NCBI GenBank assembly: GCA_002787405.1
Contig: PCWQ01000012.1
Location: 76,458-140,457 of the forward strand
Source of the DNA: Candidatus Komeilibacteria bacterium CG11_big_fil_rev_8_21_14_0_20_36_20
GTDB taxonomy: Bacteria; Patescibacteriota; Patescibacteriia; UBA1558; GWA2-36-10
DNA length: 64,000 nucleotides
Reading direction: 5' to 3'
The position numbers and the translations under genes were made by a program. Of the stretch, positions 38,201-49,619 are shown piece by piece. The notes beneath the pieces were generated by a model. That model ran no database searches. It saw only the letters and a list, made by a program, of their open reading frames with translations, and was not told the origin of the DNA. Position 1 is the stretch's first letter. Every line of letters starts with the position of its first letter.

Positions 38201-38723
38201 GCCGGAAGACGGCAAGATTCAGCTTTACGATGGATATACCGGTAAGCCATTTGACAACAGAACTACAGTCGGGATTGCTTATATGTTAAAGTTAAATCAT
38301 TTGGTTGAAGATAAGATTCATCAGCGTTCCATTGGTCCTTATTCTCTAGTCACTCAACAGCCCCTAGGTGGTAAAGCTCAATTTGGCGGACAGAGATTTG
38401 GCGAAATGGAGGTCTGGGCTCTAGAGGCCTATGGTGCTGCTAACACCCTTCAAGAAATGATTACTATTAAATCTGATGATGTGCCTGGTCGTTCAAAAGC
38501 TTATGAATCAATCATCAAAGGAGAGCCAATAGAAAGATTAAACATTCCCGAGTCATTTAATGTCTTAGTTAGAGAGTTAAAAGGGCTAGGGTTAGATGTG
38601 GAATTAATTGGCAGAAAGGAAACTAGATTTAAGGAAGAGAATAGAGAGGGAAGTCAAAAAATAGATATTGTAGAACCGGAAATTATAGCGACCGTGACGG
38701 ATGACCAAGATCAAGTAGAATAA
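35289..38723 (+). CDS. rpoB: DNA-directed RNA polymerase subunit beta
   Basis: 1144 aa with conserved rpoB blocks. These include the rifampicin cluster region [28 protein letters not shown] and [17 protein letters not shown]. Confidence 0.98.
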   Translation: [1144 protein letters not shown]

Positions 38724-38747
38724 ATTAATAATATAAATTTTAAAAAT

Positions 38748-41700
38748 ATGCCAACCCCTTCTTCAACAAAAACAACATTTATGTCTAATGACAAAAACAT
38801 GGTGTTGGAGTTTGACGCTATTAAGTTAAAATTGGCTTCCCCGGAGACGATTAAGGAATGGTCTAAAGGAGAAGTTTTGAAGCCGGAGACTATTAATTAC
38901 CGCACTCAGAAGCCAGAAAAAGATGGATTATTTTGCGAAAAGATATTTGGACCAACTAAAGATTGGGAGTGTTATTGTGGTAAATATAAAAGAATTCGCT
39001 ACAAAGGCATTGTTTGTGATAAGTGTGGCGTAGAAGTGACTAGGTCAGTAGTCCGTCGTGAAAGAATGGGACATATTGAGTTAGCCACGCCAGTTTCTCA
39101 TATTTGGTTTTTGCGTGGCATTCCTTCAAAGATTGGCCTGATTCTAGATTTAAGTGTCCAGTCTTTAGAAAGGGTGATTTATTTTGCCTCTTTTATTATT
39201 ATCAATGTTGATGATGAAGGAAGAAAAGCTACAATAGAACAGATAAAGAAGGAATTGAAAAGCAAACGCAAACAAATTGATAATGAGTTTAATCAAAGGT
39301 CAGAAGAAATAAATAATCGCAAGAATAAATTATTGGCTGATGGTCAAGCTAAGAAAAAAGTTGACGAACAGATAGAGAAAGAGCTGATAAATTTAAATGT
39401 AGCTAAAATTGATAAAATAAAGAGTTTAGAAGAAGCAGCGGACACAGCTTTAAAGGAATTAAAAGAGCTCAAAGAAATGCAGATAATTTCCGAAACAAAA
39501 TATCAGGAATTATCTTTACGTTATGGTCACGTTTTTGAGGCTGGTATTGGAGCGGAAGCGGTGAGAAACCTATTAAAGAGAATTAATCTTAAGGAGCTAT
39601 CAGGCCATTTAGAAAAAGAAATCGAATCAGCTATTCCTTCTAAAAGGAATAAATTAATTAGAAGATCCAGATTAATCAAGAGTCTTCTTAAAAATAAAAT
39701 TAATCCAGAATGGATGATTTTTACCACCATTCCCGTTATTCCTCCTGACCTAAGACCGATGGTTCAGTTAGATGGCGGTCGTTTTGCCTCTTCTGATTTG
39801 AATGACTTATATCGTCGAGTAATTAATCGCAACAATCGTTTAAAAAGATTAAAGGAACTAAATGCTCCCGAGGTTATTCAGCGTAATGAAAAGCGGATGC
39901 TGCAAGAGGCAGTTGACGCCTTAATTGATAATAATGCTCGCCATGGTAAGACTATTACAGCTTCTACGGGACAGAAGAGGGCGCTTAAGAGTATTGCGGG
40001 TATGTTGAAAGGCAAACAAGGCCGTTTTCGTCAGAATTTATTAGGTAAACGAGTTGATTATTCCGGTCGCTCCGTTATTGTTATTGGGCCTCATCTTCGG
40101 CTTTATCAATGTGGTTTACCTAAGACTATGGCTTTAGAGCTTTTTAGGCCGTTTGTAATTTCTCAGTTAATTAAAGCAGAGATTGTTCATAATGTTCGGA
40201 GCGCTAATCGGTATATTGAAGCCGGACAACCTGAAGTCTGGGCTATTTTAGAGGATATAATTAAGGATGCTCACGTTATGCTTAATCGAGCTCCAACATT
40301 ACATCGTTTAGGTATTCAGGGTTTTCAGCCGGTTTTAATTGAAGGCAAAGCTATTCAATTGCATCCTTTAGTCTGTTCTGCTTTTAATGCTGATTTTGAT
40401 GGCGATCAAATGGCTGTACATGTTCCTTTAACGGAAGCAGCTAAAAAAGAAGTAGCTGGAATAATGCTCGCTTCTAATAATTTATTAAAACCAGCCACCG
40501 GTGACCCAGTAGTTGTGCCCAACCAAGACATTGTCTGGGGAAGTTATTATTTGACCTATATAAATCCTAAAGCTGAGATGAAGAAAATTTTTAGTGATGA
40601 AGCTGAGGCCGAAAGAGCTTTTATTTTAGGTAATATTACTTTGCAGGATTTAGTTAAGGTTAGAATAGCTAGGAACAAAGATCAATTACTAGATACCTCT
40701 ATAGGGCGTATTCTTTTTAATAAAATCCTACCGGAAAAAATGGGGTATATTAATAAAACTTTAGATAAAAAGAGTTTAAAGAATATTGTAGCAGAAGCTT
40801 TCCGTTGTTTTTCTCATAACGAAACCATTGATCTTTTAGATAACATAAAAAATACCGCTTTTAAATATATTACTTCTTCGGGTTTATCATGGGGTATGGA
40901 TGATATTCCTAAACTTCACAGCAAGAAAGATCTTATTAAAGAAGGCGAAACAAAAATAGAAGAGATTAAGGAGCAATATAATAATGGCCTTTTAACTAAC
41001 AAAGAGAGATATGTGAAGGTGATTGAGGTTTGGGCCAATATTAAGAATCGCATCAGTGACCAGAGTAAGAATTTGTTTGATCCGAATAATTCAGTGGCTA
41101 GCATTATTGAATCAGGGGCACGAGGTTCATGGTCACAGATGATTCAAATTATGGGTATGAAGGGTCTGGTGATTAACCCAGCTGGCGATATTATTGAGTT
41201 ACCCGTTAAAGCTAACTTTCAGGAGGGTTTAGATGTTTTAGAATATTTTATTTCCACTCATGGTACCCGTAAAGGATTGTCGGATACAGCTCTTCGTACA
41301 GCTAATGCTGGTTATTTAACCAGGCGCTTAGTTGACGTGTCACAGGATGTAGTTGTTTTGGAAGGAGACTGTAAAGATAAAGAAGGGTTAATCATTGATA
41401 AGAATGATAGTAAATATGAATCGCTAGCTGAAAGAGCGGTTGGGCGCGTTTTATTAGAAACAATCAAAGATCCTTCTGGTAAGGAAGTAATTGCCCAAAG
41501 AGGAACTTTAATAACTAAAGAAGTTTCTGAAAAAATTGCCACAGTTAATCCGGAAACTATCAAAATAAGATCAGTGCTTTCTTGTAAATGTATACGAGGA
41601 GTCTGCCAAAAGTGTTATGGCTATGATTTAGGACATAACAACTTAGTAGAGTTAGGGGCAGCTGTTGGCATTGTGGCCGCTCAGAGTATTGGTGAACCTG

Positions 41701-42626
41701 GCACTCAATTAACCATGAGAACTTTTCATACTGGTGGTGTGGCTGAAGGAGATATCACCCAAGGTCTACCCCGGGTAGAAGAATTATTTGAAGCGCGTAT
41801 ACCCAAGAAAAAAGCCATGTTAGCACCAGTGGCCGGCATTGTCAGCATCAAAGAAGATAATAAATTAATTAGTAAAGATCAGAGAATAATTAAAATTCAG
41901 CCGCAAGGCACGCGGATTGCTAAATATGTTTTGGACCATGAGGACAAAATTAAGGTAGAAGATGGTCAGGAGGTCTCAAAAAATCAAGCGCTGCTAGCGA
42001 AAGATCAAGAAGAAATTAAATCCAGCTTATCAGGCATAGTTAAATTAACCGATAAAGAGCTACAGATTATCAGCTATAAAAATGAACCACAAGAGGTTAT
42101 TATTCCTTCTGGATATAATCTTTGGATTAAAAACAAAGATATAGTGGAAGAAGGGCAACAGTTGACTGAAGGTAGTATGGATTTACATGAATTATATGAC
42201 CTTAAGGGGCAATTAGCAGTGCAAAAATATATTATTAGAGAGATTAAACATATTTATTCTTCCCAAGGGCAGAATTTGAATGATAAACATGTTGAATTAA
42301 TTGTTAGACAGATGTTTTCCAGAATTATGGTGAGAGAGGTGGGAGATACAGAGCTTCTGCAGGGCGAACCAGTGACCCTTACGCAATTTAAAGAATCTAA
42401 TGAGAAGAGCAAGGGGAAAGAAGCCGAGGGCGACATATTATTATTAGGTATAACCAAAGCCGCTTTAATGTCAGATTCATTTTTATCAGCTTCGTCTTTT
42501 CAGGAAACCTCACGAGTTCTTATAGACGCCGCTATTACTGGTCGGGTAGATCACTTAAGAGGCCTTAAAGAGAATGTGATTATTGGGCGTAAAATTCCAG
42601 CCGGCACCGGATTTAAAAAGAAGTAA
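38748..42626 (+). CDS. rpoC: DNA-directed RNA polymerase subunit beta'
   Basis: 1292 aa. An N-terminal zinc finger [20 protein letters not shown], the catalytic [14 protein letters not shown] and a C-terminal zinc motif are present. Confidence 0.98.
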   Translation: MPTPSSTKTTFMSNDKNMVLEFDAIKLKLASPETIKEWSKGEVLKPETINYRTQKPEKDGLFCEKIFGPTKDWECYCGKYKRIRYKGIVCDKCGVEVTRSVVRRERMGHIELATPVSHIWFLRGIPSKIGLILDLSVQSLERVIYFASFIIINVDDEGRKATIEQIKKELKSKRKQIDNEFNQRSEEINNRKNKLLADGQAKKKVDEQIEKELINLNVAKIDKIKSLEEAADTALKELKELKEMQIISETKYQELSLRYGHVFEAGIGAEAVRNLLKRINLKELSGHLEKEIESAIPSKRNKLIRRSRLIKSLLKNKINPEWMIFTTIPVIPPDLRPMVQLDGGRFASSDLNDLYRRVINRNNRLKRLKELNAPEVIQRNEKRMLQEAVDALIDNNARHGKTITASTGQKRALKSIAGMLKGKQGRFRQNLLGKRVDYSGRSVIVIGPHLRLYQCGLPKTMALELFRPFVISQLIKAEIVHNVRSANRYIEAGQPEVWAILEDIIKDAHVMLNRAPTLHRLGIQGFQPVLIEGKAIQLHPLVCSAFNADFDGDQMAVHVPLTEAAKKEVAGIMLASNNLLKPATGDPVVVPNQDIVWGSYYLTYINPKAEMKKIFSDEAEAERAFILGNITLQDLVKVRIARNKDQLLDTSIGRILFNKILPEKMGYINKTLDKKSLKNIVAEAFRCFSHNETIDLLDNIKNTAFKYITSSGLSWGMDDIPKLHSKKDLIKEGETKIEEIKEQYNNGLLTNKERYVKVIEVWANIKNRISDQSKNLFDPNNSVASIIESGARGSWSQMIQIMGMKGLVINPAGDIIELPVKANFQEGLDVLEYFISTHGTRKGLSDTALRTANAGYLTRRLVDVSQDVVVLEGDCKDKEGLIIDKNDSKYESLAERAVGRVLLETIKDPSGKEVIAQRGTLITKEVSEKIATVNPETIKIRSVLSCKCIRGVCQKCYGYDLGHNNLVELGAAVGIVAAQSIGEPGTQLTMRTFHTGGVAEGDITQGLPRVEELFEARIPKKKAMLAPVAGIVSIKEDNKLISKDQRIIKIQPQGTRIAKYVLDHEDKIKVEDGQEVSKNQALLAKDQEEIKSSLSGIVKLTDKELQIISYKNEPQEVIIPSGYNLWIKNKDIVEEGQQLTEGSMDLHELYDLKGQLAVQKYIIREIKHIYSSQGQNLNDKHVELIVRQMFSRIMVREVGDTELLQGEPVTLTQFKESNEKSKGKEAEGDILLLGITKAALMSDSFLSASSFQETSRVLIDAAITGRVDHLRGLKENVIIGRKIPAGTGFKKK

Positions 42627-42642
42627 AAATATTTTTCTTATA

Positions 42643-42672
42643 AAAGACCCTCAATTTAGAGGGTTTTTTATA
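42643..42672 (+). terminator. Intrinsic terminator after rpoC
   Basis: ACCCTCaatttaGAGGGT is followed by TTTTTAT. Confidence 0.55.
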
Positions 42673-42735
42673 ATTACTAAGAGTTTATTTTTATAGTTAA
42701 ACATGGTAAAATATTAAAGATAATTAATCATAAAT

Positions 42736-44907
42736 ATGGTTAGAAGACGCAAAAGAAGACCCTCAAAACGTAAGTATGTTTACGAGGATGAGGAAGTGAT
42801 GGAACCATGGCAGATGAATCCGGACACTAAGAAAGCTATTTTTACTATTTTGATTTTTGCTTTGGCTTTTTTAAGTATTTTATCGATATTTAATTTGGCC
42901 GGCGCCTTTGGTCAGGCCTTGAATTTTGCTTTGGCTTATTTATTTGGGTGGGCTGATTGGCTTTTTATTCTAGTTCTACTGTCCTTAGGGTACCTTTTAT
43001 TAAGAAGTAGTCGTTATAAAGTCGGTTGGGCAAGTTATCTGGGCTTGTTTTTGATAATTCTTTCTTTTTCAGGGGCATTAAATTTTTTTATTAGAGAGTT
43101 TTCTTTCAAAGAAATAACCAGCGCTGGAACAGGCGGTGGCGCTTTGGGCTATATCGTAGGCAACCTGTTTTATAAATTTTTGGGTTTTTGGGGCTCTTTA
43201 GTTATATTATTAGCTATTTTTCTAACAGGTATTTTTTTAGCTTTTAATACTTCTTTTAAGGGAATGATTGAGCGAGCTAAAGCGCTTGGTATTTTAAAGG
43301 AAAAATTTTTACCAGATGATCAGGAATATGAAGAAGAGGACGAAGGAGAAGAGGACGAATTTGAGGTTGATGAGATAGCATCAGACGAAGGAGAAGTAGG
43401 AGAAAGAGATAAGGTGCCGAAAAAATTTCCTCATCAAAAAATTGTTATTCCTTTTAATTTGCTTCAACATTCTAACTCCAAACCTGATTCCGGCGATGTT
43501 CAGGCAAATATGAATAAGATTAAGAAGACTTTTGAAAATTTTGGCATTGAAGTAACTATGGGTGAAGTGAATGTTGGCCCAACAGTGACTCAATATACTT
43601 TGCGTCCGGCCGAAGGAGTTCGTTTAGCTCAAATGCTGACCTTGCAGAATGATTTATCCTTAGCATTAGCAGCGCACCCTTTGCGCATGGAAGCGCCTAT
43701 TCCTGGTAAATCTTTAGTAGGTATTGAAATGCCCAACCAAATTATTTCAATGGTCAAATTGAGGGATATTTTAGAAAGCAGCGCTTATGAAAAAAGAAAA
43801 AATAATTTGTATATTGCTTTAGGTAAGGATGTGGCTGGTCAGCCGATTATGGCTAATTTGGCGACTATGCCCCATTTATTAATTGCTGGCGCTACTGGCG
43901 CTGGAAAATCGGTGTGTATTAACAATATTATCTTGAGTTTGGTTTACCAAAATTCACCCGAGGAATTAAAATTTATTCTAATTGACCCAAAGAGAGTTGA
44001 TTTAACATCTTATGATCAGACACCCCATCTTTTGACGCCAGTCATTACAGAGACAGATAAGACCATTAATGCCTTGCGTTGGGTTGTTAAAGAAATGCAC
44101 GAAAGGTATAAACTTTTACAAGCTTCTGGCAAGAGAAATATTGATAGTTATAATAAGGCGGTTATAGTTAATAGAATGCCTTATATTGTAGTGATTGTTG
44201 ATGAATTTGCTGCTTTAATGTCTTTGGCGGCTAAGGAGGTGGAAGCGGCAATTATTAGTTTGGCCCAGATGGCTCGAGCGGTTGGTATCCATTTGGTTTT
44301 GGCTACTCAGCGGCCTTCGGTGGATGTTATTACAGGTTTAATTAAAGCCAATATTACTTCTCGTATAGCTTTTTTTGTGGCTTCGGCTACAGACTCTAAG
44401 ACCATTCTTGATTCATCTGGTGCGGAAAAGTTGTTAGGTCGGGGTGATATGTTATTTGTGACTGCCGAATCATCTAAACCTAAACGAATTCAAGGCGCCT
44501 ATGTTTCTGATGAAGAAATAAAAGTAGTGGTTGATTTTCTTAAAGAAAAAGCCGAGCCAGAATATAATGAAGCAGTGATTGAAAAAGAAATTAGGGGCAC
44601 GCCGGGCTTTATTGGCAACGGTGACTATGATGATGAACTAGCTCTAGAAGCCAAGGAAGTTGTTTTAAAAGCTGGTAAGGCCTCAGCTACTTTATTGCAA
44701 CGCCGGTTGAAGGTTGGCTATGCTCGAGCGGCTAGACTATTGGATATTTTAGAAGAGATGGGCGTCGTTGGTTCTTCGGAGGGGTCTAAGCCACGCGAGG
44801 TTTTAATATCTCAAGATGATTTGGAAGACAATTTTTCCTCTTCACTTGATGAAGATGAGGGAGACGAGCAAGAGCATGAGGATGACGATCAAGAGGAGGG
44901 GGATTAA
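42736..44907 (+). CDS. ftsK: DNA translocase FtsK/SpoIIIE
   Basis: N-terminal TM helices are present. The motor domain has Walker A GATGAGKSV. A C-terminal gamma wHTH, LLQRRLKVGYARAARLLDILEEMGVV, is present. Confidence 0.92.
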   Translation: MVRRRKRRPSKRKYVYEDEEVMEPWQMNPDTKKAIFTILIFALAFLSILSIFNLAGAFGQALNFALAYLFGWADWLFILVLLSLGYLLLRSSRYKVGWASYLGLFLIILSFSGALNFFIREFSFKEITSAGTGGGALGYIVGNLFYKFLGFWGSLVILLAIFLTGIFLAFNTSFKGMIERAKALGILKEKFLPDDQEYEEEDEGEEDEFEVDEIASDEGEVGERDKVPKKFPHQKIVIPFNLLQHSNSKPDSGDVQANMNKIKKTFENFGIEVTMGEVNVGPTVTQYTLRPAEGVRLAQMLTLQNDLSLALAAHPLRMEAPIPGKSLVGIEMPNQIISMVKLRDILESSAYEKRKNNLYIALGKDVAGQPIMANLATMPHLLIAGATGAGKSVCINNIILSLVYQNSPEELKFILIDPKRVDLTSYDQTPHLLTPVITETDKTINALRWVVKEMHERYKLLQASGKRNIDSYNKAVIVNRMPYIVVIVDEFAALMSLAAKEVEAAIISLAQMARAVGIHLVLATQRPSVDVITGLIKANITSRIAFFVASATDSKTILDSSGAEKLLGRGDMLFVTAESSKPKRIQGAYVSDEEIKVVVDFLKEKAEPEYNEAVIEKEIRGTPGFIGNGDYDDELALEAKEVVLKAGKASATLLQRRLKVGYARAARLLDILEEMGVVGSSEGSKPREVLISQDDLEDNFSSSLDEDEGDEQEHEDDDQEEGD

Positions 44908-44922
44908 GCAGTTTTTTGGAGT

Positions 44923-45600
44923 ATGAGTAAATTTAAAAAGAAAACGATTAGTAAAGGGCAGACTTTAGCCGACAAATTAAGAAAAGCGCGCTTAGATAAG
45001 AATGTATCCTTAGAAGAAGTGCAGTCAGCTATTAAAGTGCAAACTAGATATCTTGATATATTAGAGAACGGGCAGTATGATCAGCTGCCCGGTGATATCT
45101 ATACTAAGGCCTGGATAAAATTATATGCAGATTTTTTAGATTTACCCAGCAGTGAATTGTTGGCTGATTATAATATTGAAAAAAATATTAGTCATAAGAT
45201 TAAAAAATTTGAGAATCAAGAGCCAAACACAAAAAAGTACAGATTTAGTTTTCTCAGGCCCAGATATTTAAAAATATTTATAATTATTTTAGTGGTGGCT
45301 AGCTTGCTTGGGTATTTAGGATTTGAGTTGATTAATATTGTTGCTCCACCTAAAATTATTATTTTGGAGCCGACTAATAATTTAAAAACCACCGAAAGCA
45401 GTATTAGCATTGTTGGCTCAACTGAAGCAGAAGTGCAGCTGACCATTAACGATGAAACTATTGTTCTAGATGACCAAGGAAATTTCAACCAAAGTATTAA
45501 TTTAGCCGTTGGCTTGAATAATTTACAGATAAGTGCTAAAAAGAAACATAGTAGAACCAGAGAGTTAGAGTTAGTTATTTTAAGAGAGGTTTTGGAATAA
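44923..45600 (+). CDS. RodZ-like HTH (XRE) domain membrane protein
   Basis: An N-terminal HTH (LADKLRKARLDKNVSLEEVQSAIKVQTRYLDILE) is followed by a single TM and an extracytoplasmic domain. Confidence 0.5.
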   Translation: MSKFKKKTISKGQTLADKLRKARLDKNVSLEEVQSAIKVQTRYLDILENGQYDQLPGDIYTKAWIKLYADFLDLPSSELLADYNIEKNISHKIKKFENQEPNTKKYRFSFLRPRYLKIFIIILVVASLLGYLGFELINIVAPPKIIILEPTNNLKTTESSISIVGSTEAEVQLTINDETIVLDDQGNFNQSINLAVGLNNLQISAKKKHSRTRELELVILREVLE

Positions 45601-45616
45601 ATAATTATTAAGGCAA

Positions 45617-46666
45617 GTGAGACAGGCTAGTTTGCTAAAGAAAGTAAAAAATATGGCTAAACAAGATAAATCAAAAGAAAAATTTGATCAGGCAATAAAG
45701 ACAGCTATTGATCAAATACGCAGTCGTTTTGGCGAGGGGTCCATTATGAATTTAGGTGATGCTAAAGCCATGGATGTTGACGCTATTAGTACTGGTTGTT
45801 TGTCTTTAGATATTGCTTTGGGTATTGGTGGAGTGCCAAAGGGAAGAATTATAGAGATCTATGGTCCAGAAGCATCTGGTAAAACAACCTTGGCGCAGCA
45901 CATTGTGGCTGAAGTGCAAAAACAAGGCGGAGTAGCCGCTTTTGTTGATGCTGAACATGCTTTAGATCCTGAATATGCTAAGAGGATTGGCGTCAATATT
46001 AATGAGTTGTTAATTTCTCAGCCAGACACAGGCGAACAAGCTTTAGAAATTGTGGAGACATTGGTGCGTTCCGGCGGAGTGGAGGCAATAGTGATAGACT
46101 CAGTGGCGGCTCTAGTGCCTAAAGCAGAGATTGAAGGTGATATGGGAGATTCCCATATGGGGTTACAAGCTAGATTGATGAGTCAGGCTCTGCGTAAATT
46201 AGCCGGTATTGTTAGCAAGAGCCACACCAGCGTTATTTTTATTAATCAGATCAGAATGAAGATTGGTGTATTTTTCGGCAATCCAGAAACCACGCCGGGT
46301 GGTAACGCTTTAAAGTTTTATTCATCAGTCAGAATTGAAGTAAGACGTTCGGCTCAAATTAAGCAAGGTGAGAAAATTATTGGTAATCAGGTTAAAGCTA
46401 AAGTAGTAAAAAATAAAGTGGCCGCTCCTTTTCGGACAACTGTTTTTGATATTATGTATAATGAAGGTATTTCGGTTGCGGGGGATATTTTAGACACCGG
46501 TTTAGCTTTTAATGTTATTACTAAAGCAGGTAATACTTATTCTTACGGGGAAATAAAATTAGGGATTGGTCGAGAGAATGCTAAAGGGTATCTCCGAGAA
46601 AATCCAAAACTAATTGCCGAGTTAAAAAAGAAGATTTGGACCGAGTATAAATCAGCAGAAGTTTAA
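45617..46666 (+). CDS. recA: Recombinase RecA
   Basis: Walker [10 protein letters not shown] is present. The L1/L2 loop regions are conserved. The true start is probably the internal M at 45653 (MAKQDK...). Confidence 0.96.
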   Translation: MRQASLLKKVKNMAKQDKSKEKFDQAIKTAIDQIRSRFGEGSIMNLGDAKAMDVDAISTGCLSLDIALGIGGVPKGRIIEIYGPEASGKTTLAQHIVAEVQKQGGVAAFVDAEHALDPEYAKRIGVNINELLISQPDTGEQALEIVETLVRSGGVEAIVIDSVAALVPKAEIEGDMGDSHMGLQARLMSQALRKLAGIVSKSHTSVIFINQIRMKIGVFFGNPETTPGGNALKFYSSVRIEVRRSAQIKQGEKIIGNQVKAKVVKNKVAAPFRTTVFDIMYNEGISVAGDILDTGLAFNVITKAGNTYSYGEIKLGIGRENAKGYLRENPKLIAELKKKIWTEYKSAEV

Positions 46667-46755
46667 TTTTACCCCCTCTCTTCCCGCCTTGCCGGCAGGC
46701 AGGTCTTCTCTAATTTAGGGGGAGATGTCCGAAGGACAGAAGGGGTATTTAAAAA

Positions 46756-46790
46756 CAATCCTCTTAAAACGGGATTGTTTTTTTTAGCTC
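46756..46790 (+). terminator. Intrinsic terminator after recA
   Basis: CAATCCtcttaaaacgGGATTG is followed by TTTTTTTT. Confidence 0.5.
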
Positions 46791-46812
46791 TAATTAGTAT
46801 GATATAAGATAT

Positions 46813-48240
46813 ATGTCAATCGCTAATAAAATTTTTACTAATACTCTTTGGCAGGTTATTATTCGAGCCGTTAATATTTTAGTTGGAATTTTTAATTTAG
46901 CTTTAATAATCAGACTTTTAGGGCTGACTGGTTTTGGTTTTTATACTACGATTTTTGCTTTTGTGCAGATTTTTATGATTCTAGCTGACTTAGGATTATA
47001 TATGACTTTACTTCGAGAAGTGTCAGCTGTAGAAGGTAGAGAAAAAGAAAATAAAATAGTCAATAATATTTTTACGATTCGTTTTATTGCTTCATTGATA
47101 ATTTTAGTAATCACTCCGATTGTAATTCAGTTTTTTCCTTATGATCCAGCTGTTAAGACGGGCATTATTTATTTTGTAGCGGCTCTTTTCTTCCAGAGCT
47201 TAATTTCTACTTTAACGGCAGTTTTTTCTAAAAAATTAGCAATACCTAAAGTAGCTATGGTTGATTTGTTTAGTAAAGTTTTATATTTTGTTTTATTATT
47301 TTATTTATTTGAAGCCAAGGGATCTTTAAATATGGTTTTAGGTGTGCACTCTTTTGTTTATTTAATTAGCTTTATTCTCTTTTATTTATTCTTAAAAAAA
47401 TATATTACACTAAGATTTGCTTGGGATTTTTCCTACTGGAAAAAAGTTTTTCATTATACTTGGCCTTTAGCCATTACCGTAATTTTAAATTTAGTTTATT
47501 TTAAATTTGATATTTTGATTTTATCAGCTTATCATAGTCCGACGGATGTTGGTTTATATGGAGCCCCTTATAAAATTTTGGAAGTATTAACTACTTTCCC
47601 ACATATGTTTATGAGTTTGATTTTGCCGTTGTTTACCGCTGCCTGGATCAGTAAAAACTTAGATAGATTAAAAAAAATCTGGCAGCATACTTTTGATTTT
47701 TTTAGTATTATCAGCATAGGCATGATGGTGAGCATTTGGTTAATTAGCAAGCCTTTAATGATCCTTTTAGCAGGTGAAGAATTTGCAGCTTCCGGCGATA
47801 TTTTAAATGTTTTGATTGTAGCCACAGCTATGATTTTCTTCGGCACTTTATTTACTTATTTAGTAGTCGCTTTGCGATTACAAAAACAAATGATTAAATA
47901 TTTTCTAGTAGCCGCTGTAGTTGGCGTAGCTGGTTATTTTATTTTTATTCCTAAATTTTCTTATTGGGGGGCTGCTTATATGACTTTGGTGGTTGAAGCT
48001 ATGATTTGGTATTTTGCTTATTTATTAATTAAAAAACACTTGGCAATTAAATTAAATTATAGGGTATTTTATAAAAGTATTTTAGCTGGCATTTTAGCTT
48101 TATTAATTGGCTGGCAATTTAAAGAATTCAATATAATTTTAACGGTTATTGTAGCTGTTATTATTTATTCGGCGGTTTTATTTTTTACTAGAGCTATCGA
48201 TAAGACTTCACTTAAAAGTTTATTTAATCGTAAAGCATAA
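46813..48240 (+). CDS. Polysaccharide/oligosaccharide flippase (MOP/Wzx-like)
   Basis: 475 aa with about 12-14 TM helices. Organisation is typical of Wzx-family flippases. Confidence 0.6.
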   Translation: MSIANKIFTNTLWQVIIRAVNILVGIFNLALIIRLLGLTGFGFYTTIFAFVQIFMILADLGLYMTLLREVSAVEGREKENKIVNNIFTIRFIASLIILVITPIVIQFFPYDPAVKTGIIYFVAALFFQSLISTLTAVFSKKLAIPKVAMVDLFSKVLYFVLLFYLFEAKGSLNMVLGVHSFVYLISFILFYLFLKKYITLRFAWDFSYWKKVFHYTWPLAITVILNLVYFKFDILILSAYHSPTDVGLYGAPYKILEVLTTFPHMFMSLILPLFTAAWISKNLDRLKKIWQHTFDFFSIISIGMMVSIWLISKPLMILLAGEEFAASGDILNVLIVATAMIFFGTLFTYLVVALRLQKQMIKYFLVAAVVGVAGYFIFIPKFSYWGAAYMTLVVEAMIWYFAYLLIKKHLAIKLNYRVFYKSILAGILALLIGWQFKEFNIILTVIVAVIIYSAVLFFTRAIDKTSLKSLFNRKA

Positions 48241-49547
48241 TGACTTGGATTTTATTAATTCTATTATTAGCCACTTTTGTATATTTTAGTTATCGCCGTC
48301 CACTTTTGGGGTTGGTTGGTATTATTGTTTTATTACCAAGCTATTTATGGCGCATATCTTTATTTGGTCTGCCCACTACTTTTTTAGAATTAATGATAAT
48401 CTCTTTATTTATTATTTGGCTGATTAAAGATAAAAAATATTCTAAAATAAAGTTTTCTTTTAAAAAGAATTTAGCTAACAAATTAGAACCGGTTATCAGA
48501 ATATTATTGTTTTTATGGCTAGCTGTTAGCTTGATTGCTTTAGCAGTCAATCCAACTCAAGCTGCTCTTGGTTTATGGAGAGCTTATTGGTTGGAACCAA
48601 TGATGTTTTTTCTAGTTTTTATTTATTCAGTTAATAGTAAACAAGATTTAAGAATAATATTTAAAGCGGCTGGGGTATTAGTTGTTGGGCTTTTTTTAAT
48701 AACGGTTTATCAATATTTTACAGGGTGGAATTTACCCTCAGAATATAACTGGCCTAATATCAGAAGAAGCACAGCAATTTTTTCTTATCCTAATGCTTTA
48801 AGTTTATTGACGGCAGCTTTTACAGCATTTTTTATAGGGTTATGGGCTGCAGCTAAAAACAAGATAAAAGATTTTTGGTGTTTAATAGTTTTTATTTTTG
48901 GTTTGTGGATGATTTTTTTGGCAGTGAGCGAGGGAGCGATGGTAGCTATTGGGGCAAGTTTATTTTTTTGGCTAATTTTAGCTAAAAAAATAAGAAAATT
49001 TGGTATTCCCATAATAGCGGCAGCTTTATTGTTAATAATTTTTCTTTTGCCAGTTACTCAATATTTTAATAATTTTAAACAGCAATTATTTCAGCCCGAA
49101 TTAAATTTACAAGCCACTTCTTTGGAAATTCGTAGCAGTCAGTGGCAAGAAACTTGGTCTATGCTACAAGATAATTTAATTTTTGGTTCAGGAATTTATG
49201 GTTATCAAGACAAGATGCTTAATTATCATCATTATGAATGGTTGGAAATTTATTTATATTCACATAATATCTTTTTAAATTTTTGGGCAGAGATTGGTTT
49301 ATTTGGTTTAATAATTTTTTTAGCCATAATGTTGTATATAGTTGTAGTCCTAAGAAAATTATTTATTGGCAAGAGTGAATTGGCCTGGCCATTAACTTTA
49401 ATGTGGTTAACTTGGTTTGTGCAAGGATTGGTAGATGTTCCCTATTTTAAAAATGATCTGAGTATCTTATTTTTTCTTTTTCTAGGCATTACTTTATTTG
49501 CGCAAGAGCAATTAAATATTAAAGAAAGTGGTTTACATAAAACATAA
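48240..49547 (+). CDS. O-antigen ligase/polymerase-like polytopic membrane protein
   Basis: A multi-TM protein with a large periplasmic loop near the C-terminal third, of the Wzy/WaaL type. It is adjacent to the flippase. Confidence 0.5.
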   Translation: MTWILLILLLATFVYFSYRRPLLGLVGIIVLLPSYLWRISLFGLPTTFLELMIISLFIIWLIKDKKYSKIKFSFKKNLANKLEPVIRILLFLWLAVSLIALAVNPTQAALGLWRAYWLEPMMFFLVFIYSVNSKQDLRIIFKAAGVLVVGLFLITVYQYFTGWNLPSEYNWPNIRRSTAIFSYPNALSLLTAAFTAFFIGLWAAAKNKIKDFWCLIVFIFGLWMIFLAVSEGAMVAIGASLFFWLILAKKIRKFGIPIIAAALLLIIFLLPVTQYFNNFKQQLFQPELNLQATSLEIRSSQWQETWSMLQDNLIFGSGIYGYQDKMLNYHHYEWLEIYLYSHNIFLNFWAEIGLFGLIIFLAIMLYIVVVLRKLFIGKSELAWPLTLMWLTWFVQGLVDVPYFKNDLSILFFLFLGITLFAQEQLNIKESGLHKT

Positions 49548-49619
49548 TTTTTAGTATAATATAGACATGAATCTCGTTAGAAATTTACTAAATCTAACGG
49601 GGGTAGAAGAAATATACCA

